Below are positions 1 through 10,453 of a stretch of 52,936 nucleotides of DNA, one piece after another (the first letter of the stretch is position 1; every line of letters starts with the position of its first letter). Made by a program: the position numbers and the translations under genes. Where the stretch lies: the sequence record OM313461; one strand, given 5' to 3'. The notes under the pieces are model-generated. The model was not told the DNA's origin. It made no database searches and saw nothing but the letters and a program-made list of their open reading frames with translations. This DNA comes from Escherichia phage vB_EcoM_PiR.

Positions 1-1449
1 ATGAATCTTGACTTTCACCTGCATGACAGACAAGGTGCCGCTCTGCGGTCTCAGGCAACTGAGATTCTGTACGGTGGTGCTGCTGGTGGTGGTAAGTCTC
101 ACCTTATGCGTGTAATGTCAATTATCATGTGTTGCATGATACCTGACTTGCAGATTTACCTTTTCCGCCGAAACTATAACGACCTTACGGCTAACCACAT
201 GGTTGGCCCCACAAGTTATCCTGCCTTGCTGGATGGTATGTGCAAAGCTGGCAAGTGCAAGATTAACTACTCGAGCAACACTATCAAATTCTGGAACGGT
301 GCAAACATCAAGCTCTGTCACCTCCAGTATGAAAAAGATATTTATACCTACCAGGGTGCGGAGATTCACGTTCTGCTGATGGATGAGCTTACTCACTTCA
401 CAGAAACGATGTACCGCTTCTTGCGTAACCGTGTCCGACTCGGTGCTCTCAAAGTCCCTGAGAACTTTTTCCGGCCTCTGCCACTCATCTTTTGTGGGTC
501 AAACCCCGGTGGTGTAGGTCACAACTGGGTTAAGCGTACTTTCGTAACTGCTGCTCCTCCGATGAAAATCGTTAAGCAGGAAAAACGCGAAGGTGGTATG
601 GCGCGTCAGTACATACCAGCTAAGATGACTGATAACCCTACGTTGATGGAAAACGACCCTGATTACGGCGACCGTCTTGAAGGTCTTGGTGACCCGGCGC
701 TTGTTGCCGCGATGAAAGAAGGCGACTGGGATATTGTTGCAGGTGGTGCACTCGACGATGTATGGTCAACCAAGTGTATTCTGCCTCGTATGCGTATTCC
801 AAAAGGCTGGACTATCGAACGTTCTCTTGACTGGGGTTCTACTCACCCGTTCTCTGTTGGTATCTGGGCTATTGCAAATGGCGCTTCGCTTACAGACGAC
901 GAAGGCAATGAGTACTTTATTCCACGTGGTTCCATTATACGTATAGCTGAATGGTATGGGTGCTCTGAAAAAGAAGCTAACAGGGGTATTAAACTTTCTG
1001 CTGCCGAAGTTGCTCAAGGTGTTCTCCGCTTACAGGAAAATCTGCAAGCTGGTGGCTGGATTCAAAGCAACGTTAATCCTGGTCCGGCTGATAGTCAAAT
1101 TTATGCGTGCAAGGAAAAAGACGTTGAGACTATCGCGAAGAAAATGGAAGACGAAGGCGTAACCTGGGTCAAGGCCGACAAGTCACAAGGTTCGAGAATA
1201 AATGGCTTAGAGCTATTCCGTCAGCTTCTGAAAAATGTTAAGATGGACGAAACGGAAAAGCCGGGCATTTATTTTATGGAAAACTGTCCAGCAGCCATAA
1301 ACACGTTGCCGGTTCTGCCGCGTGACAAGAACAACACGGAAGATGTCGACACGAACTCTGAAGACCACGTATACGATGATTGTCGTTACATGGTGTTGCG
1401 TGGCATCAACCGTTATACTACCAAGCTCAAAATAAATATGGGACGGTAA
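1..1449 (+). CDS. terminase large subunit
   Basis: ATG at position 1; Walker A GGAAGGGKS near N-terminus, Walker B-like LLMDE; directly followed by portal-sized ORF. Confidence 0.85.
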   Translation: MNLDFHLHDRQGAALRSQATEILYGGAAGGGKSHLMRVMSIIMCCMIPDLQIYLFRRNYNDLTANHMVGPTSYPALLDGMCKAGKCKINYSSNTIKFWNGANIKLCHLQYEKDIYTYQGAEIHVLLMDELTHFTETMYRFLRNRVRLGALKVPENFFRPLPLIFCGSNPGGVGHNWVKRTFVTAAPPMKIVKQEKREGGMARQYIPAKMTDNPTLMENDPDYGDRLEGLGDPALVAAMKEGDWDIVAGGALDDVWSTKCILPRMRIPKGWTIERSLDWGSTHPFSVGIWAIANGASLTDDEGNEYFIPRGSIIRIAEWYGCSEKEANRGIKLSAAEVAQGVLRLQENLQAGGWIQSNVNPGPADSQIYACKEKDVETIAKKMEDEGVTWVKADKSQGSRINGLELFRQLLKNVKMDETEKPGIYFMENCPAAINTLPVLPRDKNNTEDVDTNSEDHVYDDCRYMVLRGINRYTTKLKINMGR

Positions 1450-1450
1450 A

Positions 1451-3013
1451 ATGTCGATAACCCCAAGCAGCACGCCTAACGTCGGATACCAGCGTCCTGA
1501 GCTGACTAAGAACGCTGGTAAGTACCGAATGATTAAGGACTGCATCGAGGGTCAGGAAGCTGTTAAAGCACGCGGTGATTTTTATCTGCCTCGTCCTGAC
1601 CCTACGAACTGCACAGAAGAAAACCTGATGCGGTACAACTCGTACCTGCGTCGCGCTGTGTTCTATAACGTACTACAGCGAACTCTTTCGGGTATGACTG
1701 GTCTGGTATTCCAGCAGCAACCTGAAATGCTGATGCCTGATGATATGGAAGTGCTGAAAGTAAATATCGACGGTGCAGGTATCGGTGCTATTCAGCAAAT
1801 GCGTAAGTGCTTTAAATCAGTGCTTGCGTTTGGACGGGCAGGATTGCTGACTGACTTTCCAAAAGCACGTATCGGTGAGTTTGGTGAATCCATTGGTTTT
1901 ACACGTAAAGAACTAATGGATGGAGAAGTGCAGCCGACAGTAACGCTGTACATGCCATGGCAGATTATAAACTGGCGAGAAGAGTATCGCAACGGTAAAG
2001 TGATGCTCACTCAAGTTGTCATTTGCGAGCAAATACCGGGGGTTACTGATGGCTTTCAGCAAGACTACACACCCGTGTGGCGTCACCTTTACCTGGATGA
2101 AGAAGGCAATTGCAACCAGTCTTTGTGGGTCAATAAGGGCGACAAGAATGCGCAGAACGTCTCCGGTGGTGCGTTGTATGTCACGCAAGAAAATGTTGTC
2201 TTACGCGACTCCAACGGCTTACCGCTGAAGTTTATTCCGTTCCAGTTTATTGGTTCTGAAACAAACAGCGCTGAGATTGACCCTCCGCCGATGTACGACT
2301 TAGCTGTGCTTAATATCGCACACTACCGTAACTCTGCTGACTACGAAGAATCATGCTTCGTAACAGGTCAACCCACAGTATGGGCGTCTGGACTTACTGA
2401 AGCATGGGTTGAAGATGTTCTGAAGGGTGAACTGCGACTCGGTTCGTTTGGTGGTATTCCGCTGCCGGCTAACGCCGCTGTAGGTATTATTCAGACCAAC
2501 CCTAACACCCAGCCGTTTGAAGCGATGAAGCAAAAAGAAGCGCAGATGATTGCAATCGGTGCTCGACTGATTCGCGAGAATGGTAAGGTAGAACGACGCG
2601 AAGTTGAGATTAAGAATGAAGCTGCATCTGAGGCATCGCTTATCGTAACTGTTGCGCAGAACGTTGAAGCTGCTTATCGTAAAGCAATCGAATGGTGTGG
2701 CCTGTTCTACGGACACCCTAAAGAAGAAATTACGATTAACCTCAGCTACAACTTCATCTATAGCCAGTTGACTTATCAAGAACGTCAGCAGCTGGTTAAC
2801 GAATGGATTGCTGGTGCTATCACGTTTAGTGAGATGCGTAGCAATCTTAAACAGGCTGGCATTGCTAAGCTCACCGACGAAGAAGCTAAGAAGCTAATTG
2901 ATGAAGAGCTGGCTGAACGCGATGCGCGTGAGGTAGCAAAAGAAGCAGAAAAGAACGCTCAAGCAGCTAAGAACAGTGATGGGCAGGAAAATAATCCAGA
3001 AAAAACTGAATAA
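1451..3013 (+). CDS. portal protein (probable)
   Basis: 520-aa ORF starting 2 nt after terminase stop; position and size typical of portal; charged C-terminal tail. Confidence 0.65.
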   Translation: MSITPSSTPNVGYQRPELTKNAGKYRMIKDCIEGQEAVKARGDFYLPRPDPTNCTEENLMRYNSYLRRAVFYNVLQRTLSGMTGLVFQQQPEMLMPDDMEVLKVNIDGAGIGAIQQMRKCFKSVLAFGRAGLLTDFPKARIGEFGESIGFTRKELMDGEVQPTVTLYMPWQIINWREEYRNGKVMLTQVVICEQIPGVTDGFQQDYTPVWRHLYLDEEGNCNQSLWVNKGDKNAQNVSGGALYVTQENVVLRDSNGLPLKFIPFQFIGSETNSAEIDPPPMYDLAVLNIAHYRNSADYEESCFVTGQPTVWASGLTEAWVEDVLKGELRLGSFGGIPLPANAAVGIIQTNPNTQPFEAMKQKEAQMIAIGARLIRENGKVERREVEIKNEAASEASLIVTVAQNVEAAYRKAIEWCGLFYGHPKEEITINLSYNFIYSQLTYQERQQLVNEWIAGAITFSEMRSNLKQAGIAKLTDEEAKKLIDEELAERDAREVAKEAEKNAQAAKNSDGQENNPEKTE

Positions 3014-3018
3014 AGCTA

Positions 3019-3047
3019 TTTACTTTCGGTTTACCTGGCTATATAAT
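3019..3047 (+). promoter_or_regulatory. sigma70-like promoter TTTACT-N17-TATAAT
   Basis: -35 TTTACT at 3019-3024, 17-bp spacer, -10 TATAAT at 3042-3047; leaves a ~143-nt GC-rich leader before 3191. Confidence 0.5.
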
Positions 3048-3190
3048 CCTTCATGTCAACCGCGCAACAGCCGGCCACGAGAGTCTGCAGGGCTCAGTGG
3101 ATTTCGGATGGCTGGCTGCGCGGTTCGACCCAAACCTGTTCGGAGCCCACTTGAGTGGATTGAGCCCCTCTCATATAGGATTGTAAAATT

Positions 3191-3904
3191 ATGGCACTTA
3201 AAACAGTTGTAACTGACCTTACCGAAGTTGATGAAGGCTTCCGTGGCCTGTATATCAAAGACGAAGCATCTGGCGCATTCCGTTTGGACGTTGAACCAGA
3301 CGAAAAAACGCTGAAAGAATTAGAAGACCTGCGCAAAGAAAAACAGCGTATGGAACAGCACACCAAAAAGCTTCTCGAAGAAAAGAAAAAAGAAGCTGAA
3401 CGTGCTCGCCTGGCTGAAGAAGAACGCGCACGTCGTGAGCGTGATGTTGAATCTCTTGAGCGCTCTATCAAAGAGAAACATCAGGCTGAACTGGAACAGT
3501 ATACTAATCGTCAGGCACAGCTGCAAGCTCAGCTGGAAGCGCAAATGGTTGATAACCTGGCGCTGAACCTGGCTAACCAACTCTCTGACACCCCGGCACT
3601 TATTATGCCACACATCAAGGCCCGACTGCGCGCTCAGGAAATTGATGGTAAGTGGCGTACTACTGTCGTGGATGTTATGGGTAACCCGACTGCTACAACG
3701 CCAGATGAGCTAGTGGAACATATGCGCGCTGATAAGCAGTTTGCACCTCTTGTGCGTGGAACCAAGGCTGGCGGTGGCGGTGCCAACGGCGGCGGAGCTA
3801 ATCCTGGTGGGAACGGCGGTGGCGAACAGCACACTTTCGGAGGCGGGGACGACCGCATAGCACGTGCTCGTGCTAAAATCCAAAACACACAATGGGGCAA
3901 ATAA
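3191..3904 (+). CDS. scaffolding protein (probable)
   Basis: 237-aa highly charged E/K/R-rich coiled-coil-like protein with Gly-rich C-terminus, immediately upstream of capsid gene. Confidence 0.55.
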   Translation: MALKTVVTDLTEVDEGFRGLYIKDEASGAFRLDVEPDEKTLKELEDLRKEKQRMEQHTKKLLEEKKKEAERARLAEEERARRERDVESLERSIKEKHQAELEQYTNRQAQLQAQLEAQMVDNLALNLANQLSDTPALIMPHIKARLRAQEIDGKWRTTVVDVMGNPTATTPDELVEHMRADKQFAPLVRGTKAGGGGANGGGANPGGNGGGEQHTFGGGDDRIARARAKIQNTQWGK

Positions 3905-3907
3905 TTT

Positions 3908-4885
3908 ATGTCACTGTATATTTTTAACGAACAAGTACGTTCTACCGCCACCGAACTGGTCGACCAGGACGTACAGAAGTTTAACGAAGCTTCTGCTGGT
4001 ACCCTTATCCTGGGTAACCAGTACGTAATCGGTGATTACGTTGAGCAGGCAATGTGGCAGCTGGTTGACGGTATCGCTACTCGTCGTAACGCTTACGCAG
4101 GCACCAACAAAGTTGATGCGCAGACTCTGGGCCAGATTCTGGACCGTTCTGTTAAGATCGACGGCCGTGTTGGTCCTCTGAACATTACCGGTACTATGAT
4201 GCGTCGCATCGGTGCAGGTGATACTGAACCAGCAGCTGTTGTTGCTGCACAGGCTTCTGCTGCGATGTTCCAGGACTACCTGAACACCACTGCTGCATGT
4301 CTGGTAGCTGCTATCGGCGCAAACGCTGATGTTGTTCTGGACGTAACTGCAGGTTCCGGTGCTGCTGCAAACATCACTATGCAGAACCTGAACAAAGTAA
4401 ACGCTAAGATGGGTGACCGTTCTCAGCAGATTCGTGCATACATCATGCATTCTACTGCGTTCCACTCTCTCATCGACCAGGCCATCAACAACACGGAACA
4501 CCTGTTCCAGATTGGTGACCTGAACGTATACAAAGACTTCCTGGGTCGTCGTTATGTCGTTTCCGACATCCCGGCTCTGGTTGATGGCGCCGGTGCTTCC
4601 GCTAAGTACCGCACTCTGGGTCTAACCCCGTCTGCTGCAATCGTTCAGGTCGGCGGCCTGTACGATATGGTTACCTCCGAGCAAACCGGTGGTGAAAACA
4701 TCCTGCGTCAGATGCAGGGTGAATACGACTTCAACGTGTCGCTGAAAGGCTACAGCTGGGTCGGTCACAAAGCTGGTCAGTCTCCGACTGATGAAGACCT
4801 GGCTGCTCAAGCGTCCTGGTCTAAAGTTGCGACTTCCAACAAAGACACCGCTGGTGTTATGCTGCTGGCTAAGTCTGCAATCTAA
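3908..4885 (+). CDS. major capsid protein (probable)
   Basis: 325-aa ORF after scaffold gene; followed by strong intrinsic terminator and promoter. Confidence 0.6.
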   Translation: MSLYIFNEQVRSTATELVDQDVQKFNEASAGTLILGNQYVIGDYVEQAMWQLVDGIATRRNAYAGTNKVDAQTLGQILDRSVKIDGRVGPLNITGTMMRRIGAGDTEPAAVVAAQASAAMFQDYLNTTAACLVAAIGANADVVLDVTAGSGAAANITMQNLNKVNAKMGDRSQQIRAYIMHSTAFHSLIDQAINNTEHLFQIGDLNVYKDFLGRRYVVSDIPALVDGAGASAKYRTLGLTPSAAIVQVGGLYDMVTSEQTGGENILRQMQGEYDFNVSLKGYSWVGHKAGQSPTDEDLAAQASWSKVATSNKDTAGVMLLAKSAI

Positions 4886-4907
4886 CCCACAAACGGGACT
4901 AACAAAA

Positions 4908-4933
4908 GGCGAGCTGACGAGCTCGCCTTTTTT
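4908..4933 (+). terminator. rho-independent terminator
   Basis: perfect 8-bp stem GGCGAGCT/AGCTCGCC with 4-nt loop followed by TTTTTT. Confidence 0.8.
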
Positions 4934-4934
4934 A

Positions 4935-4963
4935 TTTACACGTATAAAGTTCTGGTATATAAT
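4935..4963 (+). promoter_or_regulatory. sigma70-like promoter TTTACA-N17-TATAAT
   Basis: -35 TTTACA 4935-4940, 17-bp spacer, -10 TATAAT 4958-4963; GGAGG SD and ATG at 4990 downstream. Confidence 0.65.
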
Positions 4964-4989
4964 CGGACTAAACTTGCTGGAGGCTTTAT

Positions 4990-5490
4990 ATGGCATACAC
5001 ACTTGTTGTGGAAGACGGTTCAATCGTTCCGGGTGCTAACTCGTATGTTAGCGCTGCAGAAGTAGATGAGTTTATCACTAACGAAGGTCTTCTCATTCAG
5101 CCAGGAACTGACCCGTACTACCAGGCTGCCAAAGCAGCTATTCGACTTGATAACCAGTTTAACTGGCTAGGCCGTAAGGTCAGCAAAACACAGAACATGG
5201 CTTGGCCCCGTACTGGCCTCGGTGCATGCAATGTTGACATCGCGGAGTCTGTAATTCCGCGAGAAGTTAAGCTGGCACAGCTTTATATGATGGCCAGTGT
5301 ATTGAGCTATGACGGCGAAGAAGGTGTGCGTAGCGACCAGGCTTTGCGCCGTAAGAAAGTTGGTAACCTGGAGATTGAATACTTCGACTCCAAATCAGGC
5401 GTTACCGGCGCAACTGACCTTTGGACGTCAGACGTCAAGGCCATGCTCAAGCACCTTGTGGGTGCATCCCTGAGAACGCGGAGAGTATAA
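4990..5490 (+). CDS. virion structural protein (head completion/connector region), function unknown
   Basis: ATG with GGAGG SD; stop overlaps next start (TAATG). Confidence 0.6.
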   Translation: MAYTLVVEDGSIVPGANSYVSAAEVDEFITNEGLLIQPGTDPYYQAAKAAIRLDNQFNWLGRKVSKTQNMAWPRTGLGACNVDIAESVIPREVKLAQLYMMASVLSYDGEEGVRSDQALRRKKVGNLEIEYFDSKSGVTGATDLWTSDVKAMLKHLVGASLRTRRV

Positions 5491-5978
5491 TGATTCGCAT
5501 ACGCCTTGAACGTCGCGACAAACAAAAGTTCGAGTTCACCTACCGTGCCTTTAAGTCGTTTGAAGGTCAAGGCGTATCAGTAGGTGTTCATCCAGAACAC
5601 AACAGACGTGTAAACCCTAGAGATCGTATAACAAACGCTGAGCTTGCAATGGTGCATGAGTACGGTCTTAACGGTCTACCAGAACGAAGCTTTCTTCGTA
5701 GCGCTGTTGGTGGTAGGGGTAAAGGTCGACAGGCGATAAACAAAGCTTTCCGTGATAACGTGCCTGCCGTTCTTAGAGGAAGCATGACTGCCCATGAACT
5801 TAACGACAGAATAGGCCGTATGCTTGTCGATGCTGTTCACGACAGAATGGACAGTGATGTACCGCCTCCTAACACCGAGCTGACAGAAGAGCGCAAGCGC
5901 GGACCTGGTACGCTTAGAGAATCTATGCAGTTGTATGATTCGATAGGGTACAAGGTCGGCAGAAACTGGAGGCTATAA
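5490..5978 (+). CDS. hypothetical head-tail region protein
   Basis: start re-assigned to ATG 5490 (GGAGA SD, TAATG overlap with upstream stop) rather than track start 5421. Confidence 0.55.
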   Translation: MIRIRLERRDKQKFEFTYRAFKSFEGQGVSVGVHPEHNRRVNPRDRITNAELAMVHEYGLNGLPERSFLRSAVGGRGKGRQAINKAFRDNVPAVLRGSMTAHELNDRIGRMLVDAVHDRMDSDVPPPNTELTEERKRGPGTLRESMQLYDSIGYKVGRNWRL

Positions 5979-6355
5979 TGCTCAAGATAACTTCGCTAAT
6001 GAAGGATAAAACCTTTGTAGCATTAACGGATGTTCTTCTCCGAAACGATTCGCGCTTACCAAATGGCGACTTCGAAGACGAATATACAGCTGCAAAGTAT
6101 CTGTGTAACATTCAACCTGGTGCAGCTACCAACCAGCCTAACCTGTTGACTAAAGACGATGGCGAGCATGAGTTCCCACGTATTGCGATATACAGTGGAC
6201 AAGAGCTGAAGCTCGGAGACTTCGTTATATACGAAGACCAACCATACCGTGTATTCCGTATCGACCCATGGAGTCGTCATGGCCACTACTACGTTACAGC
6301 AATTCTCCATAAAGGACCTCAGGGAGCTCGTTCAGAAGCTTTTACCATTACCTGA
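5978..6355 (+). CDS. hypothetical head-tail region protein
   Basis: ATG 5978 with GGAGG SD. Confidence 0.5.
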   Translation: MLKITSLMKDKTFVALTDVLLRNDSRLPNGDFEDEYTAAKYLCNIQPGAATNQPNLLTKDDGEHEFPRIAIYSGQELKLGDFVIYEDQPYRVFRIDPWSRHGHYYVTAILHKGPQGARSEAFTIT

Positions 6356-6806
6356 CGGGACATGTATTATTGGTGAAGAGTCTGGTACAGTCGATGGTAG
6401 TCCGTATGTTTACATGCGCCCTGGCGACGCATATGACTTCGGACCTCCTCGAACCAAACAAGGCGCTGACGGCTTTGAGTACGTCAGTAAACCTATGATG
6501 ACATCTGTACGTATTACAGCTGTCGGTAAGAATGCTGCTGAGTTAATGCGTAAGCTACATATAGCACTGGGTAGCTCACCAGCTAAGCAGTTTAACCGTT
6601 TACGGCATTATGCAATAACCAAAATATCGAAGATTGATAATGTCGGTGGTGCTATTGGTGCAGGCTATGCGCAGAAATCAATGATGACTGTCGACATTAG
6701 CTATGTACATAAAGTTAAAATTGAGCAACCGTACATCTACAAGGTTGACATCACTTGTATGGATGATAACGGTAACAAAGCGACTGGTACAGTAGAGGAA
6801 CCGTAA
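6279..6806 (+). CDS. hypothetical head-tail region protein (start uncertain: 6279 or 6414)
   Basis: ATG 6279 preceded by GGAG; overlaps upstream ORF by 77 nt, alternative ATG 6414 in same frame. Confidence 0.45.
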   Translation: MATTTLQQFSIKDLRELVQKLLPLPDGTCIIGEESGTVDGSPYVYMRPGDAYDFGPPRTKQGADGFEYVSKPMMTSVRITAVGKNAAELMRKLHIALGSSPAKQFNRLRHYAITKISKIDNVGGAIGAGYAQKSMMTVDISYVHKVKIEQPYIYKVDITCMDDNGNKATGTVEEP

Positions 6807-7429
6807 TGGCAACTGAAGTAGACCCGGAACTGCAAGCGCAGCTGGATAAGCTAACAACTGCTGTCCAGCTTATTCATGACTTCGGTATGTCAGACGACTC
6901 AAGCATCCCTAACCCGGAAGGCGGTGTCATACGCACACTCGAAGGCATTAACGCTGCAATCAATGAAGCTATACCAAATTTTGAAAATGCTAACGAAGCT
7001 GCTATACAGGCGCGTGCTGCTCGTGATGCGGCTATTGCAGCCAAAGAAGCTGCAGAAACCGCAGCTGAACAGGCCACAGTATCTTCTACGTCAGCAATCT
7101 ATGAGTACGGCAACGTTGCAAGTGCAGCTACTGTAACTATACCTGCTGCATCTAAAACAATTGTCAGTCTTACTCTTAACCAGCCAAACACCGTAATTAA
7201 TATCGGTGGTGTATCTGACCCGTCTACTGTTGCGCGTCAGATTACTATTGCTATTAAGCAAGGCACTGGTTCTAACAAGGTGACTGCCTGGGATCCCAGA
7301 ATAAAATGGGCAAACAACAGAAAGCCCGTTCTGTCATTCCTTGTGGGTTACACAGATGTTGTTACGTTGCTTACATTTGACTCAGGAGCAACTTGGATGG
7401 GTTTCTTTAACGGTGGATGGATTAAATAA
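6806..7429 (+). CDS. hypothetical virion protein
   Basis: ATG 6806 overlapping upstream stop (TAATG); Ala-rich coiled N-terminal region. Confidence 0.5.
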   Translation: MATEVDPELQAQLDKLTTAVQLIHDFGMSDDSSIPNPEGGVIRTLEGINAAINEAIPNFENANEAAIQARAARDAAIAAKEAAETAAEQATVSSTSAIYEYGNVASAATVTIPAASKTIVSLTLNQPNTVINIGGVSDPSTVARQITIAIKQGTGSNKVTAWDPRIKWANNRKPVLSFLVGYTDVVTLLTFDSGATWMGFFNGGWIK

Positions 7430-10386
7430 TGCACACGATGTTGCTTAAAGACGGATCAGACCATCGAGCTAATGTCGAAAGCCTTATCGAAGGTCACCAC
7501 CACTTTCTTGAGCGCAATACTGGTAGAACTGACGACGCTACGCGTCAGCACTATATCTTCAACCCAGAAGGAGTAGTGTCGAACAACCGCCATTTTATTG
7601 CGCACACTATGATGGAGTACCAACCTAACGGTGATGCTCCGTCTGAAAGTCAGTCGCTGCTGATACTCGGCGAAATTCACGCGTACCTTGCTACTAAGGA
7701 ACAGCGGTATCTGGACAAAGCAATTGAGTACTTCAATGCTTACGTCAAATACTATTACGAGGGTGACCCAATCCCTGATACTCCTCGTCGCTGGATCGCT
7801 AACTGGCTTTGTAATGGCAAAGAGCCTGTGCTAGCCAGCTTCCCGATCAACCCTGATTCACCAACACAGGGTGGATATAAAAATGTGCCAGTTAAATTTG
7901 TTAACGGCAAAGCACAAATCCCTCATGGTTCTCCTTTCTGGGGCGAGTACCTGGATGTTGCTACTTGGGCCCACAGGGGACACATGGCATGGCCTGCTAT
8001 TAATGGCGGGGTGCGTGTTATTAAAAATGAAGTTAACTGGGATGATATTTACAACAATTATCGCATCACTACCATGCCAGCTGACCCATGGAATCAGTTA
8101 GCCTGGATTGACTGGCCGAGGTACCTCGGTGAGCCAAGCTACACTGTGGACTGGTCTGCTGCTGAACCTCCTATACATCTCATCGAGTATATTGTTGCGT
8201 GGACCAATAACAAGATTGGTGTTCTACCTGGCAAAAACGATGAGCTATGGGGAGGCGAGATTCTTGAGACTGGACTGCCTGACTCTCGCAGGGGTGAGAT
8301 TCAGCTTCGTGACCATACTATCAATGGTGTGTACCTGCTTAACTATGCTGTTAAGCTTCCTGTTGAACACGGTGGTTATTTGCTCAAGCGAAATGAAGTA
8401 TGGCACAACAGACCTGTGAACGTTCCACTGTACGGCGAGCTTCAGCGCGGTAATGCTGCTGATGCTGAGTTGTGGTTCTGTGACTGCTGCTATATGCTGT
8501 GGCGAATTACTAACGAGCAAAAGTATTACAACGCTTGGCAAGCTGTCCTGTTTACACTGGAGGAGTATATTGACATCGATAAACAAGACCAGTTCTTCCG
8601 ACAAGACACTCACGCGTCGTCTCCGTTTACTGATGGCATCTCTTATGATTGGTCTTATCCTGAACTGGCACAAGCTATATATTCACGTGATGAAAATGGT
8701 TATATAGTTCTACGTCAGAACGAAAAAGCTCAATCATCTCTGGAGCAGCAGGCTGTATGGTTTAAGTGTAAGCCAACAGCTAAGATACGTACAGAAGTTG
8801 GTGGCAAAGATGATGCTGGTCAGAATATCAGTGTCAAGGTGGAAATGTACATGAACCGTGAAAAGGTTGACGTCGAGCAAAACATCTATCGTTTTGTCAC
8901 ACAGCTACCTGCTCTTGGCGCTTCGCCTGCTAACTACGACATTCCGTTAAGCGATTTTGTCGCAGGTACTAAGCCAGACGGTTCTGAGTATATCTTAGCT
9001 GATATTCGTTCATCCACTGATTATGGTAATGCCACTATTGCAGTGTCTTACCGTACTGACATACTCGACAACAGACGTGGCAACACTGTTCGTATGACGA
9101 TACCGGATAGTTCGTCAGGTGCCATTATAGGCTTTTGGCTACTGGAATCTTCCCAGGCACCTTTAAACTCGCTGACGTATACTTCTACAGGTCCGTTGTA
9201 CATCAAAGTAACTGACGCGCAAGGCTGGAGCTGGGTACGTGATTTACCTGCCGCATCAGGCTGGGTAACTCAGCAGATTCGTACATGGGAGTTCAGGCTG
9301 GCGTCATACCAGGAAAACCCAGGTACACCACCAGCTAGCCCACAATTCGGCGAGATTAAGCAGTTCTCGTTTGTACTGCCTGACGGCGTTAATACGTCGA
9401 CAAGTATTAGCTGGTACTGTGTGAATGATGTTCCGCCTCGCTATAACTGGCCAATTGGTTATACGATTAAGTATCGTCTTACTTTCTCGGCTGATAACCC
9501 GTACACAGCTAAGCTTGGCGACTGTACTGTGCTGGACTATGAGAATGATAACCTTGCTTACACGCCAGGTGTTATTCCGTTCTCCAACATTTATAACCCT
9601 GATTCTAAGCAGTTCGATGGTTGGCACGGTATACCTTACCCTGGCTATCAGTATCCGTTTGTCTTTACGCATGACGATACTGCAGCAGGTACAATCAGGC
9701 TGAACAACATGGTTAACTTTTTGTACGATTCTCAGCAATGGTACTATAAGAAGTTTGGTCAGCTAGGTCCTGGTGCATCTGCTTTTATCTGGAACCGTTG
9801 GGATAACTTTAAATACGGTGTACCTGATACGTTTACCATGTATCACTGGGGTAATGGTAGTGCATGGTCAGGTTACCAGCCTCGTGCTTATTTCTCCGCA
9901 GCACGTGGATGGTATGAGCTAGTAAACCGTGGTAAGCCGGTTCCGAGTAAGCTTATTGCTTACGTGGATAACTGGTCAAAATGGTTGCTTGACTTCATGG
10001 AAAGGTCAGGAGGTGTGTCACCTTCTAACTTCCCGCAAGAAGGTGTTGCTCTGCCAGTCCCTTCAGACTTCACAGGCCACATGTGTGGACTATGGCTTGC
10101 TGGTGCAGCTATGTCAGCCCTTTGTGGGTCAACAGTATCAGGACTTGATAAGCTGATGGATATGCTTGTCAATGAGCTAGAAGACCACTATGACATAACT
10201 GGTATTCCGGGACATGTAATGGATGGTGGTTGGTCGCCAGCGTTACGCCTTGAAACTGGTACCGGACCTGAAAGCAACGCCATGTACTATGGTTTTTACT
10301 CTGGCGAAATATTACGAGGGCTGGGGTTATACTTACTGTACAAAAACAAAGGGGCTAAAGCAGATATTTATGATTTAGGCCCGTAA
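7429..10386 (+). CDS. large virion-associated protein (985 aa), function unknown; possibly carbohydrate-active
   Basis: long uninterrupted ORF, Trp/Tyr-rich, located between head-completion genes and Ig-like proteins; no catalytic motif confidently recognised. Confidence 0.5.
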   Translation: MHTMLLKDGSDHRANVESLIEGHHHFLERNTGRTDDATRQHYIFNPEGVVSNNRHFIAHTMMEYQPNGDAPSESQSLLILGEIHAYLATKEQRYLDKAIEYFNAYVKYYYEGDPIPDTPRRWIANWLCNGKEPVLASFPINPDSPTQGGYKNVPVKFVNGKAQIPHGSPFWGEYLDVATWAHRGHMAWPAINGGVRVIKNEVNWDDIYNNYRITTMPADPWNQLAWIDWPRYLGEPSYTVDWSAAEPPIHLIEYIVAWTNNKIGVLPGKNDELWGGEILETGLPDSRRGEIQLRDHTINGVYLLNYAVKLPVEHGGYLLKRNEVWHNRPVNVPLYGELQRGNAADAELWFCDCCYMLWRITNEQKYYNAWQAVLFTLEEYIDIDKQDQFFRQDTHASSPFTDGISYDWSYPELAQAIYSRDENGYIVLRQNEKAQSSLEQQAVWFKCKPTAKIRTEVGGKDDAGQNISVKVEMYMNREKVDVEQNIYRFVTQLPALGASPANYDIPLSDFVAGTKPDGSEYILADIRSSTDYGNATIAVSYRTDILDNRRGNTVRMTIPDSSSGAIIGFWLLESSQAPLNSLTYTSTGPLYIKVTDAQGWSWVRDLPAASGWVTQQIRTWEFRLASYQENPGTPPASPQFGEIKQFSFVLPDGVNTSTSISWYCVNDVPPRYNWPIGYTIKYRLTFSADNPYTAKLGDCTVLDYENDNLAYTPGVIPFSNIYNPDSKQFDGWHGIPYPGYQYPFVFTHDDTAAGTIRLNNMVNFLYDSQQWYYKKFGQLGPGASAFIWNRWDNFKYGVPDTFTMYHWGNGSAWSGYQPRAYFSAARGWYELVNRGKPVPSKLIAYVDNWSKWLLDFMERSGGVSPSNFPQEGVALPVPSDFTGHMCGLWLAGAAMSALCGSTVSGLDKLMDMLVNELEDHYDITGIPGHVMDGGWSPALRLETGTGPESNAMYYGFYSGEILRGLGLYLLYKNKGAKADIYDLGP

Positions 10387-10392
10387 CCACTA

Positions 10393-10421
10393 TTTACTTA
10401 ACCGAGGCGCCAGCCTATAAT
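10393..10421 (+). promoter_or_regulatory. sigma70-like promoter TTTACT-N17-TATAAT with embedded inverted repeat
   Basis: -35 10393-10398, -10 10416-10421; 8-bp perfect inverted repeat GCGCCAGC (10407-10414) / GCTGGCGC (10424-10431) flanks the -10. Confidence 0.55.
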
Positions 10422-10453
10422 AAGCTGGCGCACCCAATAAGAGGATTCTCCAG

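Noticed and set aside
118-1545. Antisense and alternative-frame ORFs inside the large terminase gene (118-396, 734-946, 766-1017, 956-1162, 1213-1545)
   Set aside because: Embedded within a strongly supported CDS; similar nested ORFs throughout the track were ignored for the same reason.
2976-3212. 78-aa ORF spanning portal 3' end, intergenic leader and scaffold start
   Set aside because: Overlaps two well-supported genes and has no SD; probably an open frame by chance in GC-rich sequence.
6249-6278. Track start of ORF at 6249
   Set aside because: No SD; downstream ATG 6279 has GGAG at good spacing (start still uncertain).
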